Part shown: positions 48,043 to 59,503 of the stretch, one piece after another
Layout of the letters: the number at the start of each line of letters is the position of its first letter
Numbering within the stretch: position 1 is the stretch's first letter
Origin: Rhynchocyon petersi
Lineage: Eukaryota
Length of the DNA stretch: 64,000 nucleotides
Direction: 5' to 3'
Assembly (NCBI GenBank): GCA_043290085.1
Contig: CM091797.1
Coordinates: 22,366,880 to 22,430,879 of the forward strand
Made by a program: the position numbers and the translations under genes
The notes under the pieces: model-generated
Seen by the model: only the letters and a program-made list of their open reading frames with translations
Database searches by the model: none
What the model was told of the DNA's origin: nothing

Positions 48043-48156
48043 ACACATTGTCAGGACAGCCTTCATGTGAAGGACATGGAGGAGGAGGAGATGGTCCACG
48101 GGGTCAGCATGGACACTGTGAAGACCGTTACTTCCTCTGTCGGTGGGAGGGTGAAT
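48043..48156 (+). CDS. Coding exon: THCQDSLHVKDMEEEEMVHGVSMDTVKTVTSSVGGRVN
   Basis: Acceptor ctgtctgctttgcag|, donor aat|gtaagt; phases 0 to 0. Confidence 0.65.
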
Positions 48157-48442
48157 GTAAGTGCCCTTCCTCCAGCATGCAGGGAGCCTGGGTCCAGCTC
48201 ACATGTGCACCAGTTTCTGAGGAGATTATGCATGGCCAGATGCCCTGGTTTTGCTTAGGGTGCCTGGTATTCACTCTGCCTGGTGTGTTAGGTGCTTAGG
48301 GTGTCTGCTGGATGGCTCTGGAGCTCTGGGGGGGTGGGCAGGCCCTGTGGGTAGAGCCTGAGGGCTCTCTTTGTGTTATAATGGAATGATCCCACCACTG
48401 GACTCCACATTAATTCTTTGTTCTTGTCTTGTTGTTGATCAG

Positions 48443-48590
48443 GAGATCTGGGTGAGCCTGGTCTGCTACATCTTGGAAGCAGACTTCTCAGAGGCCCTGA
48501 TGCTCATCTGCAGCGACCTGCTGGATCTGGCAGAGCATCAGCTTGAGGACATGGACGTGGGAGCTGGCACAGTCATCCCCCGGAGACATG
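48443..48590 (+). CDS. Coding exon: EIWVSLVCYILEADFSEALMLICSDLLDLAEHQLEDMDVGAGTVIPRRH(+1 nt)
   Basis: Acceptor cttgtcttgttgttgatcag|, donor catg|gtaggg. Confidence 0.85.
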
Positions 48591-48846
48591 GTAGGGAGCT
48601 CTGTGGCGCCTCCGCGGGTGACAGGCTAGTTCCTCTTCTTGGAATTTTGGTCCTCATGACCTCACTCAGGACTTGAGTCCCATGGTGTCACTGCCTGTCC
48701 TGCTCACTTCACAACAGGTCTAGTGCCGCAGGGCCCATCCATCCCAGGGCTGTGTGGTTGGCTTGTCATGCCTCATCAACTCCCAGCATCCTCGTGGGGA
48801 GGTGAAGGGGAGATGTTTCATTCCTGCTGACTTGAGAGAGGGTGGG

Positions 48847-49022
48847 AGCAGCGGGCATGGCCTAGTGGTAAGGAGCTGAGCTGCCAACCCAAAGACAAGT
48901 GGTTTGAATCCTCCAGCTGATCCCCAGGAGAAAGAATGGCATCAAGTCCCTGGCATTTTACTGCCTCGGCAAACTCACTGGAGGATCAGCCATGACTTGA
49001 CAGTATCTAACAACAACCACCA
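48847..49022 (+). mobile_element. SINE family A, intronic
   Basis: agcagcgggcatggcctagtggtaaggagctgagctgccaacccaaagacaagtggtttgaatcctccagctgatcc...caacaaccacc. Confidence 0.8.
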
Positions 49023-49304
49023 GAAGAGAGGTTGAGGCTCATGGTAGGAGCCAGGGCACTGTCCAGAAGATCTTGGTGCACACCACTTAATGGTGTTCTG
49101 AAAACAGCATGTCCGCAAGTCTACCCTATCAGTAGGATTCTCCCTCTTCCCAGAATAAGTTCTTGATACTGATATCCTTCATGGAAAACCTCATGGACAG
49201 ACTCACTGTCCATCCACAGTTTGGGTCGGGGAGCCTCTTACAGGGTGAAGGCCCTTTGGACCTCTTGGGCCCTGCTCTGGAGGCTGCCTCTCCCCCTTTC
49301 ACAG

Positions 49305-49345
49305 CGGACCTGCCTGCACCACCGAAGCTGCTGGCTCGACTTCTG
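49305..49345 (+). CDS. Small coding exon: (A)DLPAPPKLLARLL
   Basis: Acceptor ctccccctttcacag|, donor ctg|gtgagt; its length of 41 nt satisfies the phase requirement (1 to 0). Confidence 0.55.
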
Positions 49346-49814
49346 GTGAGTGGCTCACAGTTGGCAGTGCTGTTGCTGTGGCCAACGTCCTCCCTGCTGT
49401 GCCTCTCCCTTCACCCTCTAATCTCCTCAAGCCTCCAGATGAAGGGGGGACCCCCGCAATGGAGGGAACTAGCTGGACTCTTGACCCAGTTGTTTTGGTT
49501 TGTGTCACTTCTCTCAGGACTTGAGGCAGAGCCAGTGTTTTTGGACAGCTGAGAACGTAGTGAGGGCTTGTTTCTGGGAAAGGACCTTGAAGCACCTTTG
49601 GGACAGTGTAGTAGTTGACTTGTGAGGTGGACTCCCTGCAGTGTTCTCTGTGTCCTCGATGGAGCAGGCCTCTCTGTCCTGGGGGGATGCCTGGCAAACC
49701 GTTTGCAAGTTGGCCACTTGCTTCCTCTTCCCTTTTCAAGTGAGGACAGTGAGCCTCCGTTTGAAGGAGTGAGGTGCCTGGGCAGGCCCTGCTTAAACCT
49801 TGGTGGCTCTCTAG

Positions 49815-49956
49815 GTGCTGATGTCATCCCCCAACAAATATGAGGGCCGAGGGATCATCCTTCTCAGACTTGTGTGGATCCTTAGCCAGAGCATTGCCCC
49901 CTCCATGGCTGCTGTGTGGGAGCTGGAGATCCCCATATTGATGAAGTACCTGGCAG
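49815..49956 (+). CDS. Coding exon: VLMSSPNKYEGRGIILLRLVWILSQSIAPSMAAVWELEIPILMKYLA(+1 nt)
   Basis: Acceptor ggtggctctctag|, donor gcag|gtgagc. Confidence 0.85.
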
Positions 49957-50437
49957 GTGAGCCACCCATAGTGCACCAGACTCAAACGTCTCGTCCACAG
50001 CCATCTCTTCTCCACACTAAATATCCTCACCACATCAACCATCTCTCAGTGCCAACCATCGCTCCATCTCAGCTGCCCCTGTACCCCAGCCATCCTACTC
50101 CTCACCAACCGTTGTCTCAGAACCAAGCCTGCCTTCCACACCCACTGATTCCCTGATGCTCCCCTCCCCATCTGCTCTATATCAAGCCTCCAGATGCCCC
50201 ATCCCCTCCCTCCATGGCAATCCTGTCCGCCATGTCCACCATCTGTACCACAGCTACAGATAGGAACTGAGGTTCGGGTTGGCCCAGGTAGTCTATATTG
50301 TCCTGGGACTGGCTGTCAGGCAGGGAGATGCTGTGTGCAATGAACCCATCTATGGGAAGGCTTCAAATGCGAGGCCAGGAGGTCAGCCCAGAGTGGGGAA
50401 CCGGCTGAAACAAGGCATGATGTCTCCATTTCTGCAG

Positions 50438-50490
50438 AACACAATGAGTTCACCTGGAGCAAGAAGACCTGGGAGGAAAAACTCATTCAG
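50438..50490 (+). CDS. Small coding exon: (E)HNEFTWSKKTWEEKLIQ
   Basis: Acceptor ctccatttctgcag|, donor cag|gtcagt; phases 1 to 0. Confidence 0.7.
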
Positions 50491-50611
50491 GTCAGTAGGG
50501 AACGTGGCTGGTGAAGCCCGGTTTTCGTAGGAAGTGTGGTCAAGATGGGTAGGGTATTCGATGGAGAGGGCATGAAAGAGAGAAGACAAAGTCAAACAAA
50601 GCTACTCAGAA

Positions 50612-50755
50612 CCATTGCCATCTCAAGTCAGAGCCAACTCATAGCTGACCCTCCACTGGTTTTCCAGCAGCTGTTAAACAGACGTGAAGAGATGGCCCAC
50701 GTTTGTCCCACGGAACAACTAGCAGATTTCAACCCCCTGGGGTTGGTTTTTTTTT
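50612..50755 (-). mobile_element. SINE family A fragment (minus), abutting the (CCT)n tract
   Basis: caagtcagagccaactcatagctgaccctccactggttttccagcag...gcagatttcaaccccctggggttgg. Confidence 0.65.
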
Positions 50756-50820
50756 TGCCCCTCCTCCTCCTCCTCCTCCTCCTCCTCCTCCTCCTCCTTC
50801 TTCTTCTTCTTCTTTTTTTT
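50747..50820. repeat. (T)n(CCT)n(CTT)n(T)n mirror-repeat polypyrimidine tract
   Basis: ttttttttttgcccctcctcctcctcctcctcctcctcctcctcctccttcttcttcttcttctttttttt. Confidence 0.9.
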
Positions 50821-51099
50821 AATGTCAACAGCAGAACTCCTTAGCCACTAGGTCAGCAGAGCTCTTTCAGAAAGTGAGGAGCCCCTGAAGGATATGATAA
50901 CCTTCTGTTGGAGAAGACTATGGGCTACAGTCCCCTTTCTACTGGTGTTTATTAGCTGGGGAAGAAGGAGACCTCCTGCCACCCCAGGGATATGAGTACT
51001 CAAGAAGGCAACAGATAGTCAAGAGCCCTGACCCCAGCCCCTAAAACCACAGCCACTCCTGAAACCTGCAGAGTAGGTCTCCCTGGATATCCACATCTA

Positions 51100-51250
51100 T
51101 ATCCGTATGGCCTAACGGGTGTGGGGCTACGTGGCCAACCTGAATGGTTTGTGGTTTGAATGCAACAGCTGCTCTGTGGGAGAAAGATGGGCAGTCTCCT
51201 CTCATGCAATGACTGCCTCTGCAAAGCCTCTGGATACTCAGCTGTGCATC
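51100..51250 (+). mobile_element. AfroSINE-type SINE (family B), intronic
   Basis: ggccaacctgaatggtttgtggtttgaatgcaacagctgctctgtgggagaaagatgggcagtctcc. Confidence 0.7.
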
Positions 51251-51384
51251 AGTTCACACGTGGCACTACATAAAAACAGCAACTAATATCTCCATCTCCA
51301 TCTATCTCTAAATCCACATTTGTATCTACCTCTGTGTTTCTGTCCTTGTATGTTCATGTGAGTGTGTGGATTACTGACAAGTCT

Positions 51385-51545
51385 TATGGTGGCACTAATG
51401 GTGAAGTCCATGACTGCTAGCTGAGGGGCTGGGGTTTCTAACACTCCCAGAGACCCCTTGGGAGACAGGTCTAGTGATCTGTCTCTGAAGGTTACAGCCT
51501 AGAAAAGGCAAGATTGCACCTGGCTCCCATGGGTGGTCAGGAGTC
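51385..51545 (+). mobile_element. AfroSINE-type SINE (family B), intronic
   Basis: ggtggcactaatggtgaagtccatgactgctagctgaggggctggggtttctaacactcccag. Confidence 0.7.
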
Positions 51546-51706
51546 AGAAGGTCTTCAGATGGGGCTTCCAGAAGTGGGGGAGGCAGAGATTGGAAGAGGG
51601 TCACCAAGTGCAATAGTCTAGATAGTCCTAATAGTTCTCATAATCCTCGCTCATCCCGGGGCCCTGAGCTCCATGGACTGAAGTCTGTGTCCTCTCCCCA
51701 CCCTAG

Positions 51707-51814
51707 TTTCTGACATGCTCCCTCACGAAGACTCGGGGCTTGAACTGGAGCATGTGGCTGAGCCAAGAGCTGAGTCAGCAGATGGATAACTTTGACAGCA
51801 CGTCTTTGGAGAAG
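51707..51814 (+). CDS. Coding exon: FLTCSLTKTRGLNWSMWLSQELSQQMDNFDSTSLEK (3' end ambiguous: a GC donor at 51815, or extension to a GT donor at 51872 adding ACPQGRGRQCERAEGRGQQ)
   Basis: Acceptor ctctccccaccctag|. Both candidate ends preserve phase 0. The first is a non-canonical aag|gcatgt donor, the second a canonical cag|gtgtgg donor. Confidence 0.55.
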
Positions 51815-52079
51815 GCATGTCCACAGGGCAGGGGCAGACAATGTGAGAGGGCAGAGGGGAGAGGGCAGCAGGTGTGGATGGCCTCTATTTGAAAAGTGGG
51901 CGAGAGAAATTCCTCCACAAAGACTCGAAAAGAATGCAGGTGAAAAGTCTCAGAGCTGAAATGGACCCTTACAATAGGAAAAGATGATGTGCTTGACTAA
52001 CCGTTGAAGAAACCCCAATTCAATGCACACTGCCCTCTCTCTGGAAACAGTCTCTGTCAGGAGTCCATGGGGCCATGGC

Positions 52080-52210
52080 TGCTCTGGGGATTTGGTGGGA
52101 GTGTATGCTTGCTGTGCAGTGGCACAGGGGCCAATGCTGACTGCCAGCTGAAAGGTAAGAGGTTCAAACTCCTCAGCAGCTCTGGGAGAAAGATGCTTCC
52201 AGATTAAGAC
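52080..52210 (+). mobile_element. AfroSINE-type SINE fragment (family B), intronic
   Basis: gctgactgccagctgaaaggtaagaggttcaaactcctcagcagctctgggagaaagatgcttcc. Confidence 0.7.
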
Positions 52211-52533
52211 TGACTAGGAGGAAAGGCGAGGAGATCCACTTCCCCAAAGCAGTCTTGAGGTCCTGAGAATCATCACAGCGGGATGCTCTTGGAGATACCA
52301 AGTGAGGCCACTGGGCAGCAGAGCCATGAACAATTCTCCTTTCTAGCATGCGAGCTGGGAGCAGGTCTGGCCATGTCAGGATCATGTGAGCATGAGCTTT
52401 CCATGTTCCCAAGTGCAGCCTCCTCCTCCATGTTTCTTTACACCTGGAGGTGGAAGAAGTGAGCCCCAGAGGCAGTAACTCTGTAGGCAGCAAGGGGCCA
52501 GACCTGCCCTCTCTCTCTCCCTCTCCCCTGCAG

Positions 52534-52653
52534 GGCTTTCTGTACCGGGCTTTGGGGGTCTCCCTGGCCACGGGCCTGGACGCTGAGAAGGTGGAGGTGC
52601 TATTGCTTGATCTGCTGATGAAGACAGACTATGACAACGCCTTTGAACGGGAG
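52534..52653 (+). CDS. Coding exon: GFLYRALGVSLATGLDAEKVEVLLLDLLMKTDYDNAFERE
   Basis: Acceptor ctctcccctgcag|, donor gag|gtgagg; HEAT-like. Confidence 0.85.
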
Positions 52654-52705
52654 GTGAGGGCGGATCCAAGGAGGTGTGGGGTGAGGGGATGCCCATGTGT
52701 GTGAG

Positions 52706-52868
52706 ATTGGGAGAGACAGACAGAGATAGACCAACAGAGAGAGACATAGAGAGAGACACAGAGACAGAGACAGGAAGAGAGACACACAGGAGAGAGAGAG
52801 ATGAGAGACAGAGAAAGTCAGAGATCGAGATGGTGAGACACAGGGAAAGCAGAGAGTGAGAGAGAGGT
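52706..52868. repeat. GA-rich polypurine low-complexity tract (GAGA/GACA-type) filling most of a 262-bp intron
   Basis: gagagacagacagagatagaccaacagagagagacatagagagagacacagagacagagacaggaagagagacacacaggagagagagagatgagagacagagaaagtcagagatcgagatggtgagacacagggaaagcagagagtgagagagag. Confidence 0.85.
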
Positions 52869-52915
52869 GGTGGGGTGGTTTGCCCACCAGCCTGACCCTG
52901 GCTGGCCCCCTGCAG

Positions 52916-53038
52916 GGTGCCGTCCTCTCCTGTTGCCTGTGTGCCAGGGGCCAGGTGTTGACTGTGCTCAATGCTCTCGGTGACTTTGAGGAGAAGATCC
53001 AGGAAACGGTGCAGTCCCTGCCGCTTGGCATCTGGCAG
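52916..53038 (+). CDS. Coding exon: GAVLSCCLCARGQVLTVLNALGDFEEKIQETVQSLPLGIWQ
   Basis: Acceptor gctggccccctgcag|, donor cag|gtgaga. Confidence 0.85.
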
Positions 53039-53289
53039 GTGAGACCCCCTGCCCCTCACTCAGGTCTCTGGGACCATCATGGGCAAAAGCCCCCAGAGCA
53101 GCTGTCCTAGTATCTTCCTGCCCATGTCACACAGGTGCCAGTGTGTGGCATCAGAGGCCAGCTGGGGAGCGGGAGGACCTAGTGCTGGGCAGGTGGAGGT
53201 GTGAAGCAGCCAACAGGTGGGTTCTGCTCAGGGCGGACACAGACCGTCGGCTCCCAGCAGGAGGTCCTAGCATCTGGGGCCCCTGTGTG

Positions 53290-53415
53290 GTGCTAATGGT
53301 TAACACTCTAGGCTGCTATCTGAAAGGTTGGCAGTTCAAGTCTCCCCACATATGCGTTGGAAGAAGAGCCTGCTGAGCTCCTTCTGAAGCATCAGCCACT
53401 GACATCCGACAGGGT
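53290..53415 (+). mobile_element. AfroSINE-type SINE fragment (family B), intronic
   Basis: aatggttaacactctaggctgctatctgaaaggttggcagttcaagtctcc. Confidence 0.7.
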
Positions 53416-53699
53416 ACACTTCTGCTCTGACAGGCACGGGGGCCTACAAGGGGGCCCAACTCCCTCCACTGAGGCTCGACTGTGGGTGTCTCTTGTTACA
53501 CACTGTAGCCCCAGTGCTAGCCGTATGGCCAGTGGTCAACACAGCCATGTCCAGAGAATGAATGACCACATGAATGAGCGAGCGCTTCAGGCAGCCAGAA
53601 GGCCATTGGTTGAAGCACCTATGGGCCTCCCCTAGAGCTCCATAGGGCCTATGTGCATTGGCGTGCCCCGGTCCCCTCACAGCAGCTCTTCCCCCGCAG

Positions 53700-53864
53700 A
53701 AGGACCAGCCCCAGTACCCAGAACGGTTGAAGACTGTCCTCATGGACATGTACGGCTCTGTGGTCTCCTCCTGCCACCCACTGCAGCTTGTCCACCTGTT
53801 TCGCACCCGGTTGGACAACCTCATCACCACCAAGATCGTCCAGCACTACTCTAGTAGCTGCCAG
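53700..53864 (+). CDS. Coding exon: KDQPQYPERLKTVLMDMYGSVVSSCHPLQLVHLFRTRLDNLITTKIVQHYSSSCQ
   Basis: Acceptor ctcttcccccgcag|, donor cag|gtacct. Confidence 0.85.
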
Positions 53865-54582
53865 GTACCTGGGCTGTGGGCCCTCCAGTGCTCAGGGATG
53901 GCGACCCTGAGCTGTCACTGTTACAGCACCCCAATCCCAGCAGCACACACCCAGGGTCTTAGCCATTCCCCAACCTTCTGGACTCTCTGCTGTTGTGGAG
54001 AAAAGCAGGGGTCGTGCCCCTTCCCCTGGTGCTGGACAGTTTGACACAGGATGGGGACCTATCCTCAGTCTGGGGATCTGCCTCTCCTTTCTCACTTTCC
54101 TCCCTGACACTGAGCTTGTTCATGAGAGGCTGTCTTCAGAGACCCAAAGGATGGAGCTCACTCTTGGAATGATGGGGCAGAGGGCACAGCAGAAAGCATG
54201 TGTTTTTTTATCTCCAAGGATGACTGTCCTCTCTGGGGACTCCCGAGGCTCCAGCACCTGTTCTTTGTCCCTGAGGTGACATGCCCCCCACTTCCAGTCT
54301 CAGTCATAAAGGCAGGCAGGACACCTTCTCCGGCCCCTGTCCTTGGGGGTAGGGTGGGAGAGAAGAGTGCTTCGTCATCCAGTACAGTCTCCATGGAAAC
54401 AAGGTGTGACCTGCGGCCCTGACCTGACTGCAGGCACATGGCCGATTCCTGGATATTGGGACTGTCATTTCTCAGAGCCCCTAATGGAGCCCCAGCCCAG
54501 AGTGAAGGAGGAGCACCCCTCTTCCCTGCCCCAAAGGACACACCCAGAGCTGCTCACATGTTTGTTTGCTTTGTGGACACAG

Positions 54583-54705
54583 GACATCTCCCTCAAAATG
54601 GCCTTCATGAAGGCCATCCTTGAGATTGCTAGGGCCCTGAAAATCGTGGAGAGGCTGGAGGACTTTGAATTTGTGCAGAAGACCACCGTGACTAGTCTCA
54701 TCATG
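54583..54705 (+). CDS. Coding exon: DISLKMAFMKAILEIARALKIVERLEDFEFVQKTTVTSLIM
   Basis: Acceptor gctttgtggacacag|, donor atg|gtgagt. Confidence 0.85.
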
Positions 54706-55758
54706 GTGAGTGGGTGGGGTTCCTGGACCCCAGATCATCCAGATTCCTCCAGGCCTGAGGCTTCCAGAGTGCCCGAGAAGCCTAGGAGCTGGGTTGTGGA
54801 GCCTCTGAAACTCTCCCAACTCAGGCCTGTGTTGACATGACAGTAGAGTTCTGAGTGTGGCTTTGGCATCTGACAGAGGGTCTCATAGCCAGGACATTGT
54901 CCAGAACCCGGGTTCTGTCATGATGTTGAGGTGGCCGATCAGGGGCAGGTGCTCAAGGTGCTCAGGGTCAACCCAGCAGGCCCAGTCTTTCTCCATGTAG
55001 GAGAGGACTTAGGGGTCCGCATCTGGAAGCGAGGCCCAGAGTTGCCATTCACATAGAGCTTTGACAACATGTAGAAAAATGTCAGGCAAGATGTGATGAC
55101 AAGGAGTCGGCAGGGTGGTCAGACAAAAACCTATACACACTGCTGTCACCCCTTCTTACAGAGACAGAGCCTGGGGCCTGGGCAAAGAAGTGTCTCATGT
55201 GCGAACCTGATCATGTAAGCCAGGTTCACCTTGAACCTGTCATTTTCCATTGAAAAAGCATGTTTCCTATTCTTTGAGTGAACGTTGATAGGACAAGTTA
55301 GTGTTCTAAGTTTAACGGACCAGTTGGCTCCAAGACATTATGCTTTGTGAAATGGATTACAAGCCTCACAGTAGAACAGCCCTCTTCCCACTTACCACTT
55401 GTGCTTCCTGTTTCCACTCAGTCTTTCCCAGGATCCCTTTCTGCTTCTGAACTTTATACCTGGGAAAAGCTGCCCTTTGGATCTAGTATGACGGATTGTT
55501 CTATGGTACGATTATGTCCCTGATGACAGTGCCCAAAGTATGCTGTTAGGTGCCATCCACTTGTCTTTGCCTCACAGCAACCAGGAACCACAGGAAGAAA
55601 CCCTGCCTGGTCCTGCCCATCCTCACAGTCTCTGCTGCGCTTAAGCCTATCTCTCAGGTTGCTGTGTCAGTCCATCTCCTTGCCGGTCTTCTCTGTTTTG
55701 CTGGCCCTCTGCTTTCCCATGCATGATGTCCTTCCCCTGGAACGGGCCCCTCCTGATG

Positions 55759-55926
55759 GTTGTTGTTAGCTACCTTGGAGTCAGGACTGACTCATAGCTG
55801 AACGTCCCGAGGGTTTTCAGAAGCAGTTAATGGCATGGGAGTTCATGCCATTCTTTCTCCCATGGAGCAGCTGGTGGGTTCGAACCTCATGCCTTTGGGT
55901 TGGCAGTGTCGCTCCCTACGCCTAAA
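55759..55926 (-). mobile_element. SINE family A (minus), intronic; an adjacent RTE minus fragment lies at about 55927-56030
   Basis: ggttgttgttagctaccttggagtcaggactgactcatagctgaacgtcc...ggttcgaacctcatgcctttgggttggcagtgtcgctcc. Confidence 0.75.
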
Positions 55927-56499
55927 TACGGGAGATGAAGTCTCACAGTCTTTGCCTCTAAGGAGCACTCTGGCTACACTTCTCCAAGACCGAGTATTTT
56001 GATCTGTAGGCTCTTCACAGTCTATGCAATCTTTGTGGCCAACGGCAACGTGCCAAGGCATAGGTTCTGGTTTGGTCTTGTGTATCCATTACCCAACCTT
56101 CACGTGTTTGTGAACCAACGGAAAACATCATGGCTTGGGTCCGGTGCTCATTGGTCTTTGTTTTGGCATCTGTGTAAATGACTCTCTTGTTGGGCTAGAT
56201 GTTGAGTGCCAAGGCTGAATTCCATTCACAGCTTGAAGGGTGATTAAAGGCTGGTCTTCTTTGTAATTTTGTGTTTTGCTGAAACCCACCCTTGACACCA
56301 AATTTACAGCCTCCCTAACAAGGCCACATTTGCAGAACGAAGGACAGGAGCTGGGAAGTAGCGTACCTTGCAGAAAGCCAGGTTCTCCCAGCACTCAGAT
56401 CACATGTCCCCATCACTGCCATGGTCACTGACAGCCAGAACCTGGCTCTTGCCAGGCCCTCTGAGTGTGCAGCAGCTCACAGACGCTTGTGTCCCCCAG

Positions 56500-56579
56500 G
56501 ATATCCTCAAAGCTGAGTCAGCCGAATGCCTGGCTTCCCCTGTGTGGACCAGGGCCTTGGACGTTCTCCTTCACCTCAG
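56500..56579 (+). CDS. Coding exon: DILKAESAECLASPVWTRALDVLLHL(+2 nt)
   Basis: Acceptor gtgtcccccag|, donor tcag|gtgagc; ends in phase 2. Confidence 0.8.
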
Positions 56580-57019
56580 GTGAGCGGCGGTGGAGGTTGA
56601 GGGTGGTGGTGTCATGAGCTCCCAGACAGGGATGAGGCAGAGAAGCCCCAGCCCAGTGTCCCCAGATCTTGTACCCCCTATATCCTCCTGACTCTCTAGC
56701 AGATGTTCTGGACTGGTTCAACTAAGAAGTGTGAGTGCATGTGTGTGGCAGGGTGTGTCTGTGTCCCCAGCTCTCACAGATCACTCTCTCAATTCATACT
56801 CCAAGGTCACACTGACAAGCAGGGTCACTGAGGGAATAAGGAGGTTGTGGGCTGCCCCAAGTGATACTGTCCGAGTGAGGAGCACCTACGTAGTAGTCTA
56901 TCAAATCCTCTTACAGTATTGCAGCAGAAATCTACTATCTGTGTAAAACTATCCCTACATTCAAAACAACAGAAAGATCTCTCCTAAGCCCACTTTTCCT
57001 GTCTCAATAGCCCTACAAG

Positions 57020-57187
57020 GTATTGTTCTTAAGGATCATTGAGTCAGAACTGACTCATAGCTGGTCCTCAGAGGCAGGAGATCACAGGGCAGTTGATTGC
57101 ACAACTTTCTCCAGAGAAGCAGCTGGCCGATTTGAACCCTGAGCCTGTAGGTTGGCAGCTTGGCTCTTTACCAGTAGGCTGCCAGTG
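57020..57187 (-). mobile_element. SINE family A (minus), intronic
   Basis: tattgttcttaaggatcattgagtcagaactgactcatagctggtcc...ctttaccagtaggctgccagtg. Confidence 0.75.
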
Positions 57188-58296
57188 CTCCCGACGGGGC
57201 TACTAAATTGGGTCCTTTAGTGTTTGAACCTTCTAAAGGGCTTCTGAGCTGTCCTTCTCACCCAATGACAGCTGTGGTTCAGATCAATGTGGTCTCACCC
57301 CCAGGCACCATGAGTACCCTGTGTTGTTTCTAGTGCTGCTGTGATCTCACAGTCACTAATGTCAAATTCTCTGGGATTTCAGCTACGCACCGTGGTCCTC
57401 AGTGACTGAGCACCCACAGCAGCATCTTTCCTGTTTTGGGTGTGCTGGTTTGGGGATTTTTAAAATATGAATGTAGGTAAAGGGAAAGAGAGAAGCTTCA
57501 AAAGGCTTCTACTTCGTTGCTCAAAATGTTATCCATAATATCGCTGTAATTCCATGGGAAAAGAGTTGACAAGACAAATTTGTTTCTGAGATTGGAATGA
57601 TTTGAGAAATGGTGTATGTAAGGCATTTACAGTTCTACTGCCCATTTATTATTCTGTGATTGGAAATCAGACTAAAAATGACTAAGGAGTTTGGGGGGGC
57701 TGGCACAGAAGGAAGTCCATGGCAAGAGGGTCACACTGTAAACAAGTGCTCTCCATGGATGATCCCAATCCCCCTGAGCCCAGTGATAGTGATGCCGCTG
57801 GCCCAGGACCACACTTAAACCCCCTGTGATGGGGCTAGGCCATTCAGAAGCCTTGATAGGGAAGAGGCCACCTGAGATTGTGTGGTAGAGAGACGAAGGT
57901 GAAACCCAAAATTCACCGACTTCAGGTTCATTCTCGTTCATAGTGGCCCTCAATTTGGCCTGTGACGATAAGTCTTTACAGGACAGTGTTGTCCAGCTGC
58001 CTAGACCAGCCTGGAAGGCCAGGTTCGGGACTATTCCTGAGCAGAGATGAGCAGGCTCATAGCACAAGAGGTGCCTTCAGACATCTGGGTCTCTCCCTCA
58101 CAAGCAGACACAGTCACTGGCCTGCTGTTGGCTGGGCAGAAGCAGGACACTTGAGGAAGCAGATATCCTAACAGGCACGACAAAGAGTCTAGAGGCACTC
58201 TCCTCTTGTGACCTGACTCCTTGTTTGGATGAGGCAGTGGGAAATCAGGGACTTGGGTCTCCACTGCTCACCCTTCATAACTGCTTCCCTCCCCAG

Positions 58297-58405
58297 CAAA
58301 CTAAAGCCATTGTACGTGGGGGCAGAAAACAAGGAGGTGATGGACTTCGTTTTCCATTCTGTCATTTCCCTCGTGCCCCCTGATGAAGATAATGATTCTA
58401 CTAAG
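58297..58405 (+). CDS. Coding exon: (S)KLKPLYVGAENKEVMDFVFHSVISLVPPDEDNDSTK
   Basis: Acceptor cttccctccccag|, donor aag|gtaggt; phases 2 to 0. Confidence 0.8.
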
Positions 58406-58535
58406 GTAGGTTCCTCTGGGCCACCCCGTGTTCTGGACTGGGAAATCGGAATGTATACTCCAGTGGACCATGATGGGAATCCACCTTTCTGAAACACCAG
58501 GGGTTGGAAACAGAAAGAGGGAGAGAGAGACAGAG

Positions 58536-58647
<112 letters not shown>

Positions 58648-58654
58648 TGTGTAG

Positions 58655-58840
58655 TGCAAGGTACTACGAGGAGCCCTTGTAGCTCTGACTGAGCTGCTAA
58701 CCAGAAGTTGTTGGTTCAAATCCCCCAGCAGCTCTGTGGGCCCTGCTTGTCTGCTCCTGTAGAGTAGAACCAAGAAGAACCCCATGGGGCAATTCTAAGT
58801 GCCACATGGGGCTGCTATGAGGTAGCACCAACACAAGGAC
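58655..58840 (+). mobile_element. AfroSINE-type SINE (family B), intronic; a second copy lies at about 58860-59065
   Basis: ctctgactgagctgctaaccagaagttgttggttcaaatcccccagcagctctgtggg...; second copy ccagtggcttaacagccacccactaactgaaaagctcctggttcaaaggcactcag. Confidence 0.75.
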
Positions 58841-59349
58841 ACCAGCAATAACACAGCACTGCTCCAGGGGACCAGTGGCTTAACAGCCACCCACTAACTG
58901 AAAAGCTCCTGGTTCAAAGGCACTCAGAGGCACTCTAGGAGAGGAAACACTAGTGATCTGCTCCTGTCAAGGTGGCAGCCTCCAGCAGCCTAAGTAGCAG
59001 TTCTACTCTGTCTCAGTGGGGTCAAGGTGAGTCATAATTGACTCAATGACACCTAACAATAAGGTAATCCGAGCTACTCTAACAGGTAAATCCTGACAGT
59101 GCAGTAAATGAAACAAGTACTTCTTGTGGAAGTACTTCTCACTCGAGTTAAGTCCAGTTGACATTGCAGGTGGGTGCAGAGCTGTTCTCCACAGGAAGGC
59201 AGCAGGGCCACAGAAGCTCTGTCATCATCATTTCTTGTGGTTCTGACATCCAACCTAGATCTGGGGCCAAAGACAGTGTGGAGGAAGTATGAGCCCATTG
59301 ATACACCTCCTATTGGTGACGACGTCATCACATGCCCACAGGATGCAAA

Positions 59350-59503
59350 TGATGATGACGATGGGTGCTGTTGAGTCGTGACCTACTCATAGCTGACCCT
59401 CCCAAGGGTTTCCGGAAGCAGTATACTCCCCAATGCAGTTGACGCCATTCTTTCTCCTGCACAGCAACTGGTGGATTCGAACCCCAGGCCTTTGGGTTGG
59501 CAT
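59350..59503 (-). mobile_element. SINE family A (minus), intronic
   Basis: gatgatgacgatgggtgctgttgagtcgtgacctactcatagctgaccctccc...ggtggattcgaaccccaggcctttgggttggca. Confidence 0.75.
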
